Part shown: positions 12,451-25,747 of the stretch, one piece after another
How positions within the stretch are numbered: the first letter of the stretch is position 1
How the letters are laid out: each line of letters opens with the position of its first letter
Source: Hemiscyllium ocellatum
Taxonomy: Eukaryota
Direction: 5' to 3'
Length of the DNA: 64,000 bases
Assembly (NCBI RefSeq): GCF_020745735.1
Contig: NC_083422.1
Span: 47,244,001 to 47,308,000, forward strand
Notes under the pieces: model-generated
Told to the model about the DNA's origin: nothing
Databases searched by the model: none
Seen by the model: only the letters and a program-made list of their open reading frames with translations
Translations under genes and position numbers: made by a program

Positions 12451-13685
12451 CAGACTGGAAGCTAAATAGATGCTTATGTTGTGGAAAAGTGCTGAGCATG
12501 TTTTAAGGTTGGCTCAATTTCCTGTTGTTCGAACATCAATATGGTGTACGAGTAGGCGAAGAAGGAGAGCCCTTCAGAGAGTGTTGGGTTGGATTCAGGA
12601 TGAGTGAGGGTCAGAGGGTAGTCCCAAGGTCAGGGGTTGGTCAGAGTCAGGGAGTGCTCACAGGGCTGGCGTGGTCCCTAGGTCATGGTGAGTGGTCATT
12701 GTTTCATGGAATTGGATCAGCATCTGATGAGATGTTTGATCTCTTGTCTTTTTCTTGTAAAGTGATGAATATGATTGGTCTGGTGTTGGGAAGAGTGGGG
12801 CTGGGCCTGGGTCGTGGGAAGTTATATTGGGGATTGGGTTTTAAATGGGGGAAGAAAGTGAGGGTTGGAGCAAATGTGCATTTTAATTCAATTAACTTAT
12901 GAAAAAGCCAGACTGATAATGAAATCACTGTTTGATTGCTGCAAAAACTCACCAAGTTCACTCAAGTCCTTGAATAGCACATGGACAAAGCACTGAGACG
13001 GGCAGGGCAGAGCATTTACTTTGGGTGAGTTTCATTGTCCAGCACCAAGTGTGACTCAGTGACGGTGGTACTGACCAAGCTGGTTGGGTCCTAATGGACA
13101 TTCCTGTTAGACTGGGTCTACGGCAGGTGGTGTTGTAACCAGCAAAAGAGAGAAAAACTTACTTCATCTCATCCTTTAACAACCTGCCGGCTGCAGATTC
13201 ATCTGTCCGTAACAGTATTGGTAAGCGCGACCACTGCACAGCCCTTGTGGAGACAAAGTCCTGCTTTCACATTGAGAATAACCTCCATTGTGTTGTGTGG
13301 GACTATCACTGCTCTAAATGGAACAGATCTAGCAACTCAAGACTGGGCATCCATGAGGCGCTGTGGGCCATCAGCAGCAGCAGAATTGTACTCCAGTACA
13401 ATCTGTAACTTCATGGCCCGGCATACTCTCCCCACCCAACCATCAATTATCACCAAAGCAGATTTATTTGGCTAATATTCAAAATATTAAATTTTAGCCC
13501 AGTTAGTGGGATTTTGAACATCAGCAGAAACAAACCTCAACTGTCATAACAAAGACAGTTCAGACCTTGAGGTGATTAATGTCCTTTTTTGTGTCATTTG
13601 TTCAAATAAAAATTAAATCCCCGTTCTCAATGATGGAGAAGCCCCCAGCATGTCATTGTAAAAGACAAGACTGAAACATTCGCAA

Positions 13686-14008
13686 TAGAATCCTCACAGG
13701 GTGGAAACTGGCCTTTTGGCCCAACAAATCCATACTTACTCTCCGAAGAGTAACCCCCCCCAGACCCTATTACTCTACATTTACCCTGACTAACCTGCAC
13801 ATCACTGAACGCTGCAGGTAATTTAGCATGGCCAATTCACCTAACTTACACACCTCTGGAATGTGGGAGTAAGCCAGAGTACCCAGAGGAAACCCACGCA
13901 GACACAGGAAGAATGTGCAAACTCCACACGATCGCCCAAGGCTGGGATCAAACCTGGGTCCCTCGCACTGTGAGACAGCAGTGCTAACCACTGAGCCACT
14001 ATGTCACC
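13686..14008 (-). mobile_element. V-SINE; further partial copies at 2816-2915, 17478-17705, 30055-30300, 32820-32965 and 42280-42432
   Basis: Same V-domain and tail. Confidence 0.85.
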
Positions 14009-14247
14009 CCAATGGGTGATATATCTCAGCCTCTCCCAGATGTCCCCAGTATCATAGATACCAGTGTTCAGCCAACTTGATTCACTCCACATACTATCAA
14101 ACAAACAGCTAAAGGCACTGGATATTGCAAATGCAATGGGCCCTGACAATAGTCTAGCAATCATACTGAAGATTGGTAATCCAGAACCAGTTGCACCCCT
14201 AGCCAATTTGGTCCATTAAAGTTACAACACTGGTATGTACCCAACAA

Positions 14248-15011
14248 AGTTTGGGAGAAGATTTGTAGCTTGGGTGCTCGTTGTTGTGGTTCTGTTCGCC
14301 GAGCTGGGAATTTGTGTTGCAAGCGTTTCGTCCCCTGTCTAGGTGACATCCTCAGTGCTTGGGAGCCTCCTGTGAAGCGCTTCATTCTGGTGAGTCGGAC
14401 ATCATACACCATACATCAGGAGCATTTCCGAACTGACAGCCAGACTACTACGACCACTAGGACTCATAACAGCACACAAACCAACAGCCACTCTCAGACA
14501 ACAACTCACCAAAACGAAGGACCCGATACCCAGCATGAGCAAAACCAATGTAGTGTACAAAATCCCATGCAAGGACTGCACAAAACACTACGTAGGACAA
14601 ACAGGAAGACAGCTAACGATCCGCATCCATGAACACCAACTAGCCACGAAACGACACGACCAGCTATCCTTAGTAGCCACACACGCAGGTGACAAGCAAC
14701 ATGAATTCGACTGGGACAACACTACTATTATAGGGTAAGCCAAACAGAGAACAGCGAGGGAATTCCTAGAGGCATGGCACTCATCCACAGATTCTATCAA
14801 CAAACAAATCGACCTGGACCCAATATACCGGCCACTGCAGCGGACAGCTGGAACTGACAACCGGAAGCAGCAGAGACAAACCACTATAAATGCCGGAGGA
14901 AACATCACAGAAGCGCTTCACAGGAGTCTCCCAAGCACTGAGGATGTCACCTAGACAGGGGACAGAATGTTTGCAACACAAATTCCCAGCTCGGTGAACA
15001 GAACCACAACA
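14248..15011 (+). mobile_element. Penelope-like element, Poseidon-type: GIY-YIG 3' fragment with inverted terminal repeats
   Basis: NVVYKIPCKDCTKHYVGQTGRQL..RIHEH. Segment ~14273-14385 is inverted relative to ~14910-15010. 13-bp TSD ATGTACCCAACAA at 14235-14247 and 15012-15024. Confidence 0.9.
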
Positions 15012-15424
15012 ATGTACCCAACAATGTGGAAAATTGCCCAGATATACCCTGTACACAAACAGCAGGACAAAGCCAACCCAGCCAATTATTGTCCTATCAG
15101 TCTCATCAACAAAGTGATGGAATATTCCATCAACTCTGCTATCAGGCAGCACTTACTCAGCAGTCACCAGGTGTGGGCAATACATACACCACAATCCATG
15201 AATGAATGAGAAAATTGTCACTTGGCAGGTTTCTAAATGCTGTGGCTGAGTGTGTAGGTTTGAAGCTGGATTATTCAGGACATTCTGGAATGGATAGGGG
15301 CTGGTGGAATTCTCATAAAGTCTTGAGAGCATGCCAATGGAATTTGAGCATCTAATGGATGGTATTTCAGTAAGTGACAGGAGCAGTCGGACAGTAATCC
15401 ATGTAACCTCCTTAACTGTGGGCT

Positions 15425-15860
15425 TTGAGCTGTAGGGAGAGGCTGAATAGACTGGGGCTATTTTCCCTGGAGTGTCAGAGGCTGAGGGGTGATCTTATCG
15501 AGGTTTGTAAAATTATGAGGGGCATAGATAGAGTGAATAGTCAAGGTCTTTTCCCAGGTTAGGGGAGTCCAAAACTAGATGGCATAGGTTTAAGGTGAGA
15601 GGGGCAAGATTTAAAAGGGACCTAATTGGCAACCTTTTCATGCAAAGGGTGGTGTGTGTATGGAATGAGCCATCAGAGGAAGTGGTGGAGGCTGGTAAAA
15701 TTACAATGTTTAAAAGGCACCTGGATGGATATATGAATAGGAAAGATTTAGAGGGATATGGGCCAAATGTTGGCAAATGGGATGAGTTTTATCTAGGATA
15801 TGTGGTGGGCATGGATGTGTTGGACCAGAAGGTCTGTTTCCATGCTCTACAGCTCTGTGT
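15425..15860 (+). mobile_element. CR1 3' fragment; similar + strand 3' ends at 8452-8660, 11405-11705, 19695-20020, 23735-23940 and 35255-35880
   Basis: RGDLIEV and QRVV..WN.LP motifs plus 3' UTR. Confidence 0.85.
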
Positions 15861-15897
15861 CATGAGGAAAATCAATCTCTTCTCTTTAATTTCCCAG

Positions 15898-15929
15898 GAC
15901 TGAAGCTCTGAATGACAGACCAGTGATTG
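15898..15929 (+). CDS. GGH-like coding exon 2 (TEALNDRPVI-G), 32 nt
   Basis: Acceptor tctctttaatttcccAG, donor G|GTGAGT. NDRPVIG matches the first beta-strand of GGH (human KKPIIG). Confidence 0.9.
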
Positions 15930-16436
15930 GTGAGTGATCCCAATATCTTCTTGCTGAGGAACAGGCTGCTGCAGGTATTGGGTGACCTGAGGTAACAGAT
16001 TCCACTGATGGCCTCCTCATCACACAGCCAGGGAGAGAGAACAGTTGAGAGACATGGAGAATGAGATAAATCAATAGAAAAAGACAGCTAGTGGGACAGA
16101 ATGTGATGGTTGAGGCTAACACAGAGAGATGCACCAATACAACAACAGCTAATGTTTATATAGAACCTTTAATGTAAAGAAATGTCTCAATGAACTTCAC
16201 AGCAGCAGTTATAAAACACAATATGACAATGGCATCATAAGGAGATATTAGGTCAGATAACCAAAACATAGTGAAAGAGATTAGTTTTAAAGAGAGTCTT
16301 TCAGGAGAAGTGTTAGGGGGAGAGGTGTAGGAAAGGATTTCCAGAGCCTGAGGCCTAAGCAACTAAAGGCACAGCCACCAATGGTGTCATGATCCAAACT
16401 GGAAATGCAGAGGGGCCCAGAATTAGAGGAGCGCAA

Positions 16437-17304
16437 TGTTGTGGATAAATTATCTTTAATTCGGCTACTTATTACAAAATTTCACAGACACTCAAATCTG
16501 AAACAATTATTTAAACTTTATTGCTTGTAGCAACCAAGATAAGACCCCATGAGTAGCTATGATTCCAACCAATAGTGTCTGCCTCTGGATGTGTCCAGAG
16601 TTCAATCCTGGTGCTGTGCTGTTCTCCAGAGTTCTGCTCCAGAGAAATCCTGGAGTCAGATTCTTATAAAGTTTTACATCCTTCAAGTTTGTGTTGTGAC
16701 ATTATTGATGACCCTTTAGATTCTTTTCTCCACAAATTGGCTACTCCTCTGGAACCATCAAGTTTGCAGTTTGTTTTCTTATTAAAGGTGGACTCTTTGT
16801 TCCTTGTTACTGTTGGCATTAACTGTCTGTTCAAAGAATTAAAGTGTGGCGTTGGAAAAACACAGCAGGTCAGTCAGCATCCGAGGAGCAGAAGAATCAG
16901 GGCTTCGGGGCATAAGCCCTTCATCAGGAATGTTATGCCCAAAATGTCGACTCTTGTGCTCCTCGGATGTTGCCTGACCTGCTGTACTTTTTGACTCTGA
17001 TCTCCAGCATCTGCGGTCCTCACTTTCTCCCAGTCTGTTCAAAGACACAACTTTCCTGCAGTTAACTCCTTAAAATCTCTGCATTTCCCCTTGTGGGGTA
17101 AACAGTCTTTTATCAACCATGTTAAAACAGTTTTGTTTAACAGTTTTGTAGCTTCAACTCTTCTTCTCCCAAACGTGGCTAATTGTTTTCAACTCCTGGA
17201 TGAGTTTGCCCTTGTCCTTTGACAACTTATTCCAGACTGGTCATTGCACCTTCTTTCAATCTCTGCACAGTTATTAAAGTTCTGAAGTTAACACTGTCAC
17301 AACA
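16437..17304. mobile_element. Solo-LTR-like insertion in an L2 remnant
   Basis: Inverted termini TGTTGTG...CACAACA, with L2 sequence resuming on both sides. No clear TSD. Confidence 0.5.
16838..17032. mobile_element. Palindromic PLE-terminus mini-element
   Basis: Two inverted arms. 13-bp TSD GTCTGTTCAAAGA at 16825-16837 and 17033-17045. Confidence 0.85.
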
Positions 17305-19135
17305 GGTATTTCTGAGGGTTGTGGGGTTGAAGGAGATTATCAGAAATTGGACCGAGACCAGGGAGGGATTTGGAAACAAAGGTGAGAATTTTAAATGTTA
17401 CTGAACAAGTGTTGGTCAGCAAGCACAAGGGTGATAGGGAAATGGGATACAAGGCAAGTTAAGACATGTTCATCGAACCCCTACAGTGTGGAAGCAGGCC
17501 ATTCAACCCATTGAGTCCATACTGACCCTCCAAAGAGCACCTAACCTGCACATCTTTCAACTGTGGGAGGAAATCAGAGCAAATCCATGCAGATGTGGTG
17601 AGAATATGCAAGCTCTACACAGACAGTTGCCCAAGGGTGGAATCAAACCCTGGTCCCTAGTGCTGTGAGGCAGCAGTGCTAACCACTGAGCCAGCGTGCT
17701 GCCCTGTCGCAGGCTTTTGGGTGACCTTGATTTTATTGCGTGTAGCATATGGGAACCCCCAGGAATGTGCTGGATTAGCCAAGTCCAGAATGACAGAGTT
17801 GGGGGGGAAGGTGGAATGAGAGTTTCACAGCAGATGGACTGAGGCAGGGGAGAGTTTTGGTGATGCTACAACGTTGGAAATAGGAGGTGAAGGTATGAAA
17901 TGACATTGAAAGCTCATCTGGGGATCAAATATATAACCAAGGTTGCATTCAGATTGGCTTTAAACTCAGACTGTTGCCAGGAAGAGGGATGGACTCAGTC
18001 TCTAGGGAATGGAATTTGGAATGGACACTGAAAAAGAAAGTTTCAGTTTTCCCAGAAGTTGATGCAGGTTGGATAAGCAGTCAGATCGTTTCGGCACAAC
18101 AGGAGAGTTAGAGGAAGGTGAAGTAGAGCTGGGAGGTGTGATTGTACATGCAAACTCTGCCATTGCTTTCAGAGCAGTAGTGAGGTACAGGAGGGGGAAT
18201 TGATCCTTAGGACTGCCAGAGGTAATGATGTGGGAGCAGGGAAACAGACCATTGTAAGGGATTCTCTGCTAGATTAGCATGGAACCAGGTGAGAGGCCTT
18301 TCTCCCAGGCTGACAATAATGGAAAGTGTTGGAGGAGGATGCTATAGTCACTGTGTCAGGAGGGTCGGTCGATCACAGTCACGCAGAATGTCATTGCAGA
18401 GTTTGATAAAGAGCATTTCAATACTGTGGCAGAGGCAGAAACCTGACAGGAGGGACCCAAAGATTGAATTCCAGGAAAGATGAGGACAGCAACATGTTTA
18501 AGGGCCTTGATGAGGAACGTGACATTGGAGATGGGACACTCCAAGGGTCTGGAGTTGGTTTTGTGAGAACAGGGCGGGTTCAGCAGGTTAAAAGAGAGAG
18601 GGACAACACCTGAGGCGACAGAGCTGTTTACAATCTGGGCAAACATGGGGGCTGCAAGGGGAAGTCAGAGGTGATGTGTTTAGTGGAACGAGGATCGAGG
18701 GAACATGAGGTGGGTCTAACAGACAAGTTGAGCTCAGAGAAGGAGAGGAGCACTAGAAAAAATTGGATGTTCAGGGCTGGGAGGTGGGGATGGATAAATT
18801 GAAGGGCGTTTGATCAGGAGGGTCAGTGACAGGAAGGGACATGGCAGAGACAGGTGATTGGACTGTCTGTGTTGATGACAAAGAAACTTCATGAGGTCTT
18901 CACACTTGTTATTGAAGGAGAGACTGGTGAGGTCAGGGTTGGGGGGGTCAAAAGTCATGGTGGGGTCAGCAATAAGGCTTTTAAGAAGACAGTTTGCTGT
19001 TAAGAAAAGAAGCTGGGGTTATCTTTGTAATCCAGGGCGAAACCTGGAATAGTGAGCAGTTTGGGAGGAATAGAGAGCTCGATAATGTTTTACATGGTCA
19101 TGCCAACGGATGATTAAACTAGTCACAGGATCCTC
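17305..19135 (-). mobile_element. Degenerate L2 LINE, continuing at 16150-16436; + strand L2 pieces at ~3570-3650, 4065-4200 and 4735-5250
   Basis: Antisense VNSSV.SG.VP..F and PISN.TFL.K.L motifs and an L2-like 3' end. Confidence 0.65.
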
Positions 19136-19452
19136 CAAATTCACCGTCTTGACCATTCCCAAGTCTTATACCCACGCCACCATTAGGAGCAATATCTTCA
19201 TTGCGGTGCAGGCTCGAAGGGCTGAATGGCCTACTCCTGCACCTATTGTCTATTGTCTATTGTCATTTTCCAAGGCTCCAAGATCTGGATTACCTCCTGA
19301 CAACTGTTACCCCCCCTCTACTTTATATCGCTTCACTCCTAATTGACACTCCTTAAAACTCACCTCTTTCATCAAGGATGGTTGCTCATACAAAGTCCCT
19401 TCTACTATGTTCATGGTGCTAATTGAATGTAAGTTGTTGTTGTTGCCCACAG

Positions 19453-19564
19453 GGATCTTAGCGCAGCACACCGTAGATGAACTGACCGAGGTGGCAAAGA
19501 CGTACGTAGCCATTACCTACGTAAAGTACCTGGAATCAGCTGGGAGCAGAGTGGTTCCCATCAG
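19453..19564 (+). CDS. GGH-like coding exon 3 (ILAQHTVDELTEVAKTYVAITYVKYLESAGSRVVPI-R)
   Basis: AG/GT bounded, phase 1 to 2. YVKYLESAG.RVVP is the GGH (peptidase C26) signature. Confidence 0.95.
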
Positions 19565-20214
19565 GTGACACCATTGTTTCCATCACACAGTGAGAAACTG
19601 GGTAAAGGGTCAAAGGTTAAAGGTGGGAAGGATTAGTGGGAAAAAGTCGAGATGAACAAGGAGACATCAGTTAGGAGGCAATATAAAAGATCCTGAAGGA
19701 CTTGGGAGGATGGATACAGAGAGGGTGTTTCCTGGGAAAATTTAGAACTGGGGTCACAGTTTAAAATTAAGAGGTCAACCATTTAAAAATGAGATAAAAT
19801 AACTTTTTTGTCAGACAATTATGAGTCAGAGAATTGAAACTCTGTTCCTCACGAGGTGGTCAAAGTATAGTCCTTGAATATTGTTAAGGCAGAGGTAGAG
19901 AGATTTCTGCTAAGAGGCTGAAAGGTTCTCAGGAATAGACAGGAATGCAGATGTGAGTAACATTTAGCCACGGCATTCAGCACAGCACGCTCGAGGGGCT
20001 GAATAGCCTACTCCTGCATTTGTACTTTTGGAACCCTGTCCTTACACATCTGTAGCTTGTGGGAGGGAGGGCAACTGAGGGAAGGAGGAGGAAATGGAAT
20101 GGTTGAGAAGGGTAATGAGGTGTGAGCAGTTATGGGGAGTCCTACAGAACTGAAACCTTGGGGAAATCAGAAAGAATTACATTTACGTAGGACTTTGCAA
20201 AGAATTGCAATGGC

Positions 20215-21780
20215 GCCAAAGGAAGCTATTCAGCCCAATGTGGCTACACCCACTCTCCAAATGAGCATCATGACTCAGGATTATTCTGTTTCCTTTTCCC
20301 CATAACAATCGAACTTATCGACGTAAATAATCATCAAATGACCTAATAAAGTCCTCAACTGAACCTGTCTTCAGCACAGTTCCAGCTAGGGCATTCCAGA
20401 ACCTAACTCGTCACTGTGTGAAAACAGTTTGTTCACACATCACATTTGCAAATCACTTTAAATCTGTGCTCTCTTGTTTTCAATCCTTTTTTTAATGAGA
20501 CCATTTTCTTCCTTTGTGTAAACCTCTCAAGAATTTGAATAGTTCAATCAGATCCCCACTCAGGCTCATCTTCTCCAAGGGGAACAGCCCCCAACTTCTC
20601 CAATTTATTCTCATAACTGAAATCACTCATCCAGGCATCTATTTTTGTAAACCTCTCCTGCACTATGTCCAATCTCTTCACATCCTTCCTAAAAGGTGAC
20701 ATCCCAAACTGGGCAGTACTGGTTGAGCTCACCTGGTATCATACATGTTCACCATTATCTCCCTGCTCTGGTAGGCTATGCACCTAATTGTAAAGCATAC
20801 AGTATTCTAATCAAGATTAGAGTGATGCTGGAAAAGCACAGCAGGTCAGGCAGCATCCAAGGAGCAGGAAAATCGAAATTTCGGACAAAAGCCCTTCATC
20901 AGGAATGATGCATTCTCATTCCTGATGAAGGGCTTTTGCCCAGAACGGTGATTTTCCTGCTCCTCGGATGCTGCCTGACCTGCTGTGTGTTGACTCTAAT
21001 CTCCAGCATCTGAAGTACCCACTTCCGCCTAGTTCCATACAGTATCCTCAACTTAGTAAAGCCGAGGATACTGTATGCTTTATTAATGGCTCTCTCTGCC
21101 TGTCCTGCCATTTTTAAATGCACATATGCACTCAAGTCCCTATTTTACCGCATCCCCATTAGCTTGTCACTCCATATTCTTCCTAACGAAATGCACCACC
21201 TCTCACTTCTCCGCACTGAACCTTATATTGTCTTCCTCTCCCTACCAACTGTATGTGTCCTTTTGAAGTTCTGCATTATTCTCCTCACAGTTTACAATCC
21301 TTCCAAGTTTTGAATAATCTGCAAGTTTTGAAATTGTGCCCTGTTCACCAAAGACAAGGCTGTTAATATGCAGCAGGAAAGCAAGACCCAAAATAGACTC
21401 TGGAGAATTCCACCGTAAATTCTTCCCCATCCTGAAAAATATCCATCCACCCTCTGTTCCCTATTCAGGTTGTTACTCTCCCTATAATTGCTGAAGGGTC
21501 TGTACAGCGCTGTAATGTTCTATAATTCCATGAGCTGTCACCTTATTCAGGAGTCTGTTGTGTAACTGTATCAACATACTCATCAACCCTCCATTACGTC
21601 CAAAAAACACCAGTAAATTAGTCAGACACTGTTCTCCCTTAAGGAATCAATGTTGCCTCTCCATAATTAACCCACATGTTTCCACGTGACTACTAATTCG
21701 ATCCCAGATTGTTGTTTTGGGTGTCCACAGCATGACTATTGAACTGACTGGTCTGCAATTGCTTGACATACCCTGACAAC
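20215..21780 (-). mobile_element. Degenerate CR1; similar antisense fragments at 22560-23450, 34020-34790, 56935-57420, 57470-57790 and 59545-60280
   Basis: Antisense RT C-terminal motifs with many stops. Confidence 0.8.
20806..21035. mobile_element. Palindromic PLE-terminus mini-element with hammerhead-like cores on both arms
   Basis: CTGATGAAGGGCTTTTG on both strands around 20875-20950. TSD CATACAGTAT at 20796-20805 and 21036-21045. Confidence 0.85.
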
Positions 21781-21914
21781 CAGTGACACCTAGAGGTGTT
21801 ATTCAGCCAGTGAAAGTTGTGGGAGTGGAGGAACTGGAGAAAGATGGGCCCAAGAAAGGAATAAAGGAGCAAATTGCTGGCGATGAAGTGCTAATGGTGA
21901 TTGGCAAGATGAGG

Positions 21915-22200
21915 GTCGGGTTGTGATTAGAATTAGGGTTATGACCAGGACTGGAGTTGGTGCTCAGTTAGGATTGGATTAGAGTCAGCGTTAGGATCAT
22001 GGTTGAAGTGCTCAGGTCAGGATTAGGGTCAGATCTAGAATTGGGTTCGGGTCAGGATTAGTGTTAGGGTCAGGGTTCAGGTCAAGGTTAGGGTTGTGGT
22101 TGGGTGAGAGTCAGGTTGAGGGTTAGGTTTAGGGTCAGAATTAGGATCAGAGTCAGAATTTTGGCCTGAGTTTGGGCCTTAATGTAGGATCAGGGTTACG
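21915..22200. repeat. Degenerate hexamer repeat (GGTTAG/GGTCAG)
   Basis: Low-complexity, imperfect period 6. Confidence 0.7.
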
Positions 22201-22301
22201 ATGGGAAGGAGAATTGATCTATACTGCTAACAGAATGTGTCAGAGTGAAAATAGCTGAGGTTAATTGCCTGTGACAGTTGGTTCTCCCTTATTTCCTGCA
22301 G

Positions 22302-22352
22302 GTTATATCTTACTGAGTCTGAGTATGAGAAAATATTCCATTCAATTAATGG
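22302..22352 (+). CDS. GGH-like coding exon 4 (LYLTESEYEKIFHSIN-G), 51 nt
   Basis: Acceptor ccttatttcctgcAG, donor GG|GTAAGC. Aligns to human LDLTEKDYEILFKSING. Confidence 0.95.
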
Positions 22353-24137
22353 GTAAGCGATTAACTATTTCCCATCTCTTGTTCTGCTGTGTACATTGAA
22401 CGTTGCAAATGTTGATTCTTAATGGTTTTGTTGCACTGCCTTGTTATGTTTATCACTTTCAGACGTCTCTGTGTGGAAAGTACAATTTGATCATTTTGTT
22501 TAGTGTGTTGTAATCCTCCTGGTAAATTTCAAACTTCCTGCCCTTGCCTTTAGGTGTCATAGAAAATTACTGAAGAGGAACAGGCCTTTCGGCCCTGTGC
22601 TGATAACGATATCATTCGAAACAAATCCCATCTGCCCACACATCGTCCATTTCCTTTTAATGCCTACCTGTTCATGCATCTATCCAAGTTCCTCTTAAAC
22701 TTGCTATTTGTCTCTGTTTCTATGACCTGTCCTGGCAGTGTGTTCCAGGCACTTATCATCATCTGTGTGTAATTCCTTCCACTTATATCTCCTTTGAGCT
22801 TACCCCTCTCACCTTACACCTAATCCCCTGTTACTTGACATTCCACCCTTGGGAAAAGACTCCAACTATCCATCCTATCCATGTCCCTCATAATTTTACA
22901 TACTTCTGTCAATCCAAGTTAGTCAAATCTGTCCTTTAGCTCATACACTCCAATTCAGGCAACATCCTGGTTAACCTCTCCAAAGCCTCCACATCCCTTC
23001 TATAGTGTGGTGACCAGAACTGCACTCAATGTTCCAAATGGGGCCTAACTAAAGTCTTATACAGTTGCAGCATGACTTGCCCAACCGATGAAGGCAAGTA
23101 CTCCATGTCCCTTCATTACCACCTTGTTCACTTGGGAGCTATGGACTTGCACCTCAAGATGCCTGTATGTACATCAATGCTCCAAAGGGTCCTGCCATTA
23201 ACCGTGTACTTTCCTCCTACATTTAACATTCCAAAATATATCACCTCACATTTGCCTGGATTAATCTCCCCCTGAAATTTCTCCATCCAACTTTCCAACT
23301 GATCTATATCCTTTGATCATCTTCCACATCTCCAACAATTTTCATGTCACCTACAAATACACTAATCAGACTGCCTATACTTCTATCCAAATCATTGATA
23401 TATATTGCAAACAACAGAGGTCTCAGCACTTGGTCACAGTGGGAAAAATATCTCACTACAACTACTCTCTGGTCATCTATGACCAATGTGCAGTGAAGAA
23501 TATTGATACCGAGCAATCTCCCTCTTCATGCAGCTTCTCCATTGAACACATGGGAGCATAAGCAATTGAACAAAGTAAATGATCTGTTCCTTTCACTCCA
23601 AAAACAAACTCCAATTCTTCTGGAGGAGGTGACTGCCTGATGAGTAGAAGTTAAGTAGCATGGGTCAAATGCCCTAAGAGTTTCAGGGAACATTGAGGTA
23701 AAACTGATTGGAACATGTCGCATCAAGGGAATTTGAACTCTATGCCAGAGAGTTTTGGATGCTTAGTCATTGAATATATTCAAGAGAGAGACTGAAAGCT
23801 CTGTTGGATATGCAAGGAATTAAGGAGTATGGATAAACTGCAGGAAGGTTAAGTTGAGGTTGATGTTCAGTCATGACCTCAGTCAATGGGACAGTAGATT
23901 CGTGGGGCAGAGTGGCTGACTTCAGCTCCTATTACTTATGCTCGAACATGAATGAATCAGATCTATTAGAGTAATCATTAACCCCTTTCCTTAGCAAGAA
24001 TTGGTCTGGTTACATTTTAAAGAGACGGATTAATCATTCTCCTCTGGAAAAACCGATAGTGTTAACAGTTTGTCAGGTGCTTGAGCTGCAGTGCACGGTA
24101 AAGTTTCATTTGCTGTACAAGAAACTTATGACTGAGT

Positions 24138-25630
24138 TCCACACCATACACCAGTCTGTCTCCACACCATACACCAGTCTGTCTCCACACCATACACCAG
24201 TCTGTCTCCACACCATACACCAGTCTGTCTCCACACCATACACCAGTCTGTCTCCACACCATACACCAGTCTGTCTCCACACCATACACCAGTCTGACTC
24301 CCCACCACACACCAGTCTGTCTCCACACCACACACCAGTCTGTCTCCACACCACACACCAGTCTGATTCCCCACCACACACCAGTCTGATTCCCCACCAC
24401 ACACCAGTCTGATTCCCCACCACACACCAGTCTGTCTCCATACCACACACCAGTCTGTCTCCATACCACACACCAGTCTGTCTCCATACCACACACCAGT
24501 CTGTCTCCATACCACACACCAGTCTGACTCCCCACCACACACCAGTCTGACTCCCCACCACACACCAGTCTGTCTCCCCACCACACACCAGTCTGACTCC
24601 CCACCACACACCAGTCTGACTCCCCACCACACACCAGTCTGACTCCCCACCACACACCAGTCTGACTCCCCACCACACACCAGTCTGACTCCCCACCACA
24701 CACCAGTCTGTCTCCACACCACACACCAGTCTGATTCCCCACCACACACCAGTCTGATTCCCCACCACACACCAGTCTGATTCCCCACCACACACCAGTC
24801 TGATTCCCCACCACACACCAGTCTGACTCCCCACCACACACCAGTCTGACTCCCCACCACACACCAGTCTGACTCCCCACCACACACCAGTCTGATTCCC
24901 CACCACACACCAGTCTGTCTCCCCACCACACACCAGTCTGTCTCCCCACCACACACCAGTCTGTCTCCCCACCACACACCAGTCTGTCTCCCCACCACAC
25001 ACCAGTCTGTCTCCCCACCACACACCAGTCTGATTCCCCACCACACACCAGTCTGTCTCCATACCACACACCAGTCTGTCTCCATACCACACACCAGTCT
25101 GACCCCCCACCACACACCAGTCTGACTCCCCACCACACACCAGTCTGACTCCCCACCACACACCAGTCTGACTCCCCACCACACACCAGTCTGACTCCCC
25201 ACCACACACCAGTCTGACTCCCCACCACACACCAGTCTGAGTACACACCATATACCCGTCTGATTCCCCATCACACACCTGTCTGTCTCCACACCACACA
25301 CCAGTCTGTCTCCACACCACACACCAGTCTGACTCCACACCACACACCAGTCTGACTCCACACCACACACCAGTCTGACTCCCCACCACACACCAGTCTG
25401 ACTCCCCACCACACACCAGTCTGACTCCCCACCACACACCAGTCTGACTCCCCACCACACACCGGTCTGACTCCCCACCACACACCGGTCTGACTCCCCA
25501 CCACACACCGGTCTGACTCCCCACCACACACCGGTCTGACTCCACACCACACACCGGTCTGACTCCACACCACACACCGGTCTGACTCCACACCATACAC
25601 CAATCTGTCTCCACACCGTACTCCAGTCTG
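24138..25630. repeat. 23-bp minisatellite, ~65 copies
   Basis: Unit CCAGTCTGACTCCCCACCACACA. Confidence 0.98.
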
Positions 25631-25662
25631 AAACATTGAGTCAAAATTTCTTCTTGCCCCAG

Positions 25663-25747
25663 GGTCTTGCTGCCAGGCGGAGCTGTGGACTTGCAGACGT
25701 CAGAATATGCCCGAGTCGCTGGCATCTTCTACCGATTGGCACTGAAG
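25663..25747 (+). CDS. GGH-like coding exon 5 (VLLPGGAVDLQTSEYARVAGIFYRLALK), 85 nt
   Basis: AG/GT bounded. Contains the PGG oxyanion-strand motif of class I glutamine amidotransferase-like proteins. Confidence 0.95.

Noticed and set aside
12214-12465. Collagen-like G-x-y ORF (GRPGIV)n
   Set aside because: 18-bp intronic minisatellite with a non-ATG start and no splice support.
21915-22200. Interstitial telomeric repeat
   Set aside because: Only scattered TTAGGG among GGTCAG/GGTTAG variants; no true array.
24062-25725. ORFs of 394-539 aa on the minus strand
   Set aside because: Translations of a stop-free 23-bp tandem repeat, open in all three frames and antisense within a GGH-like intron.
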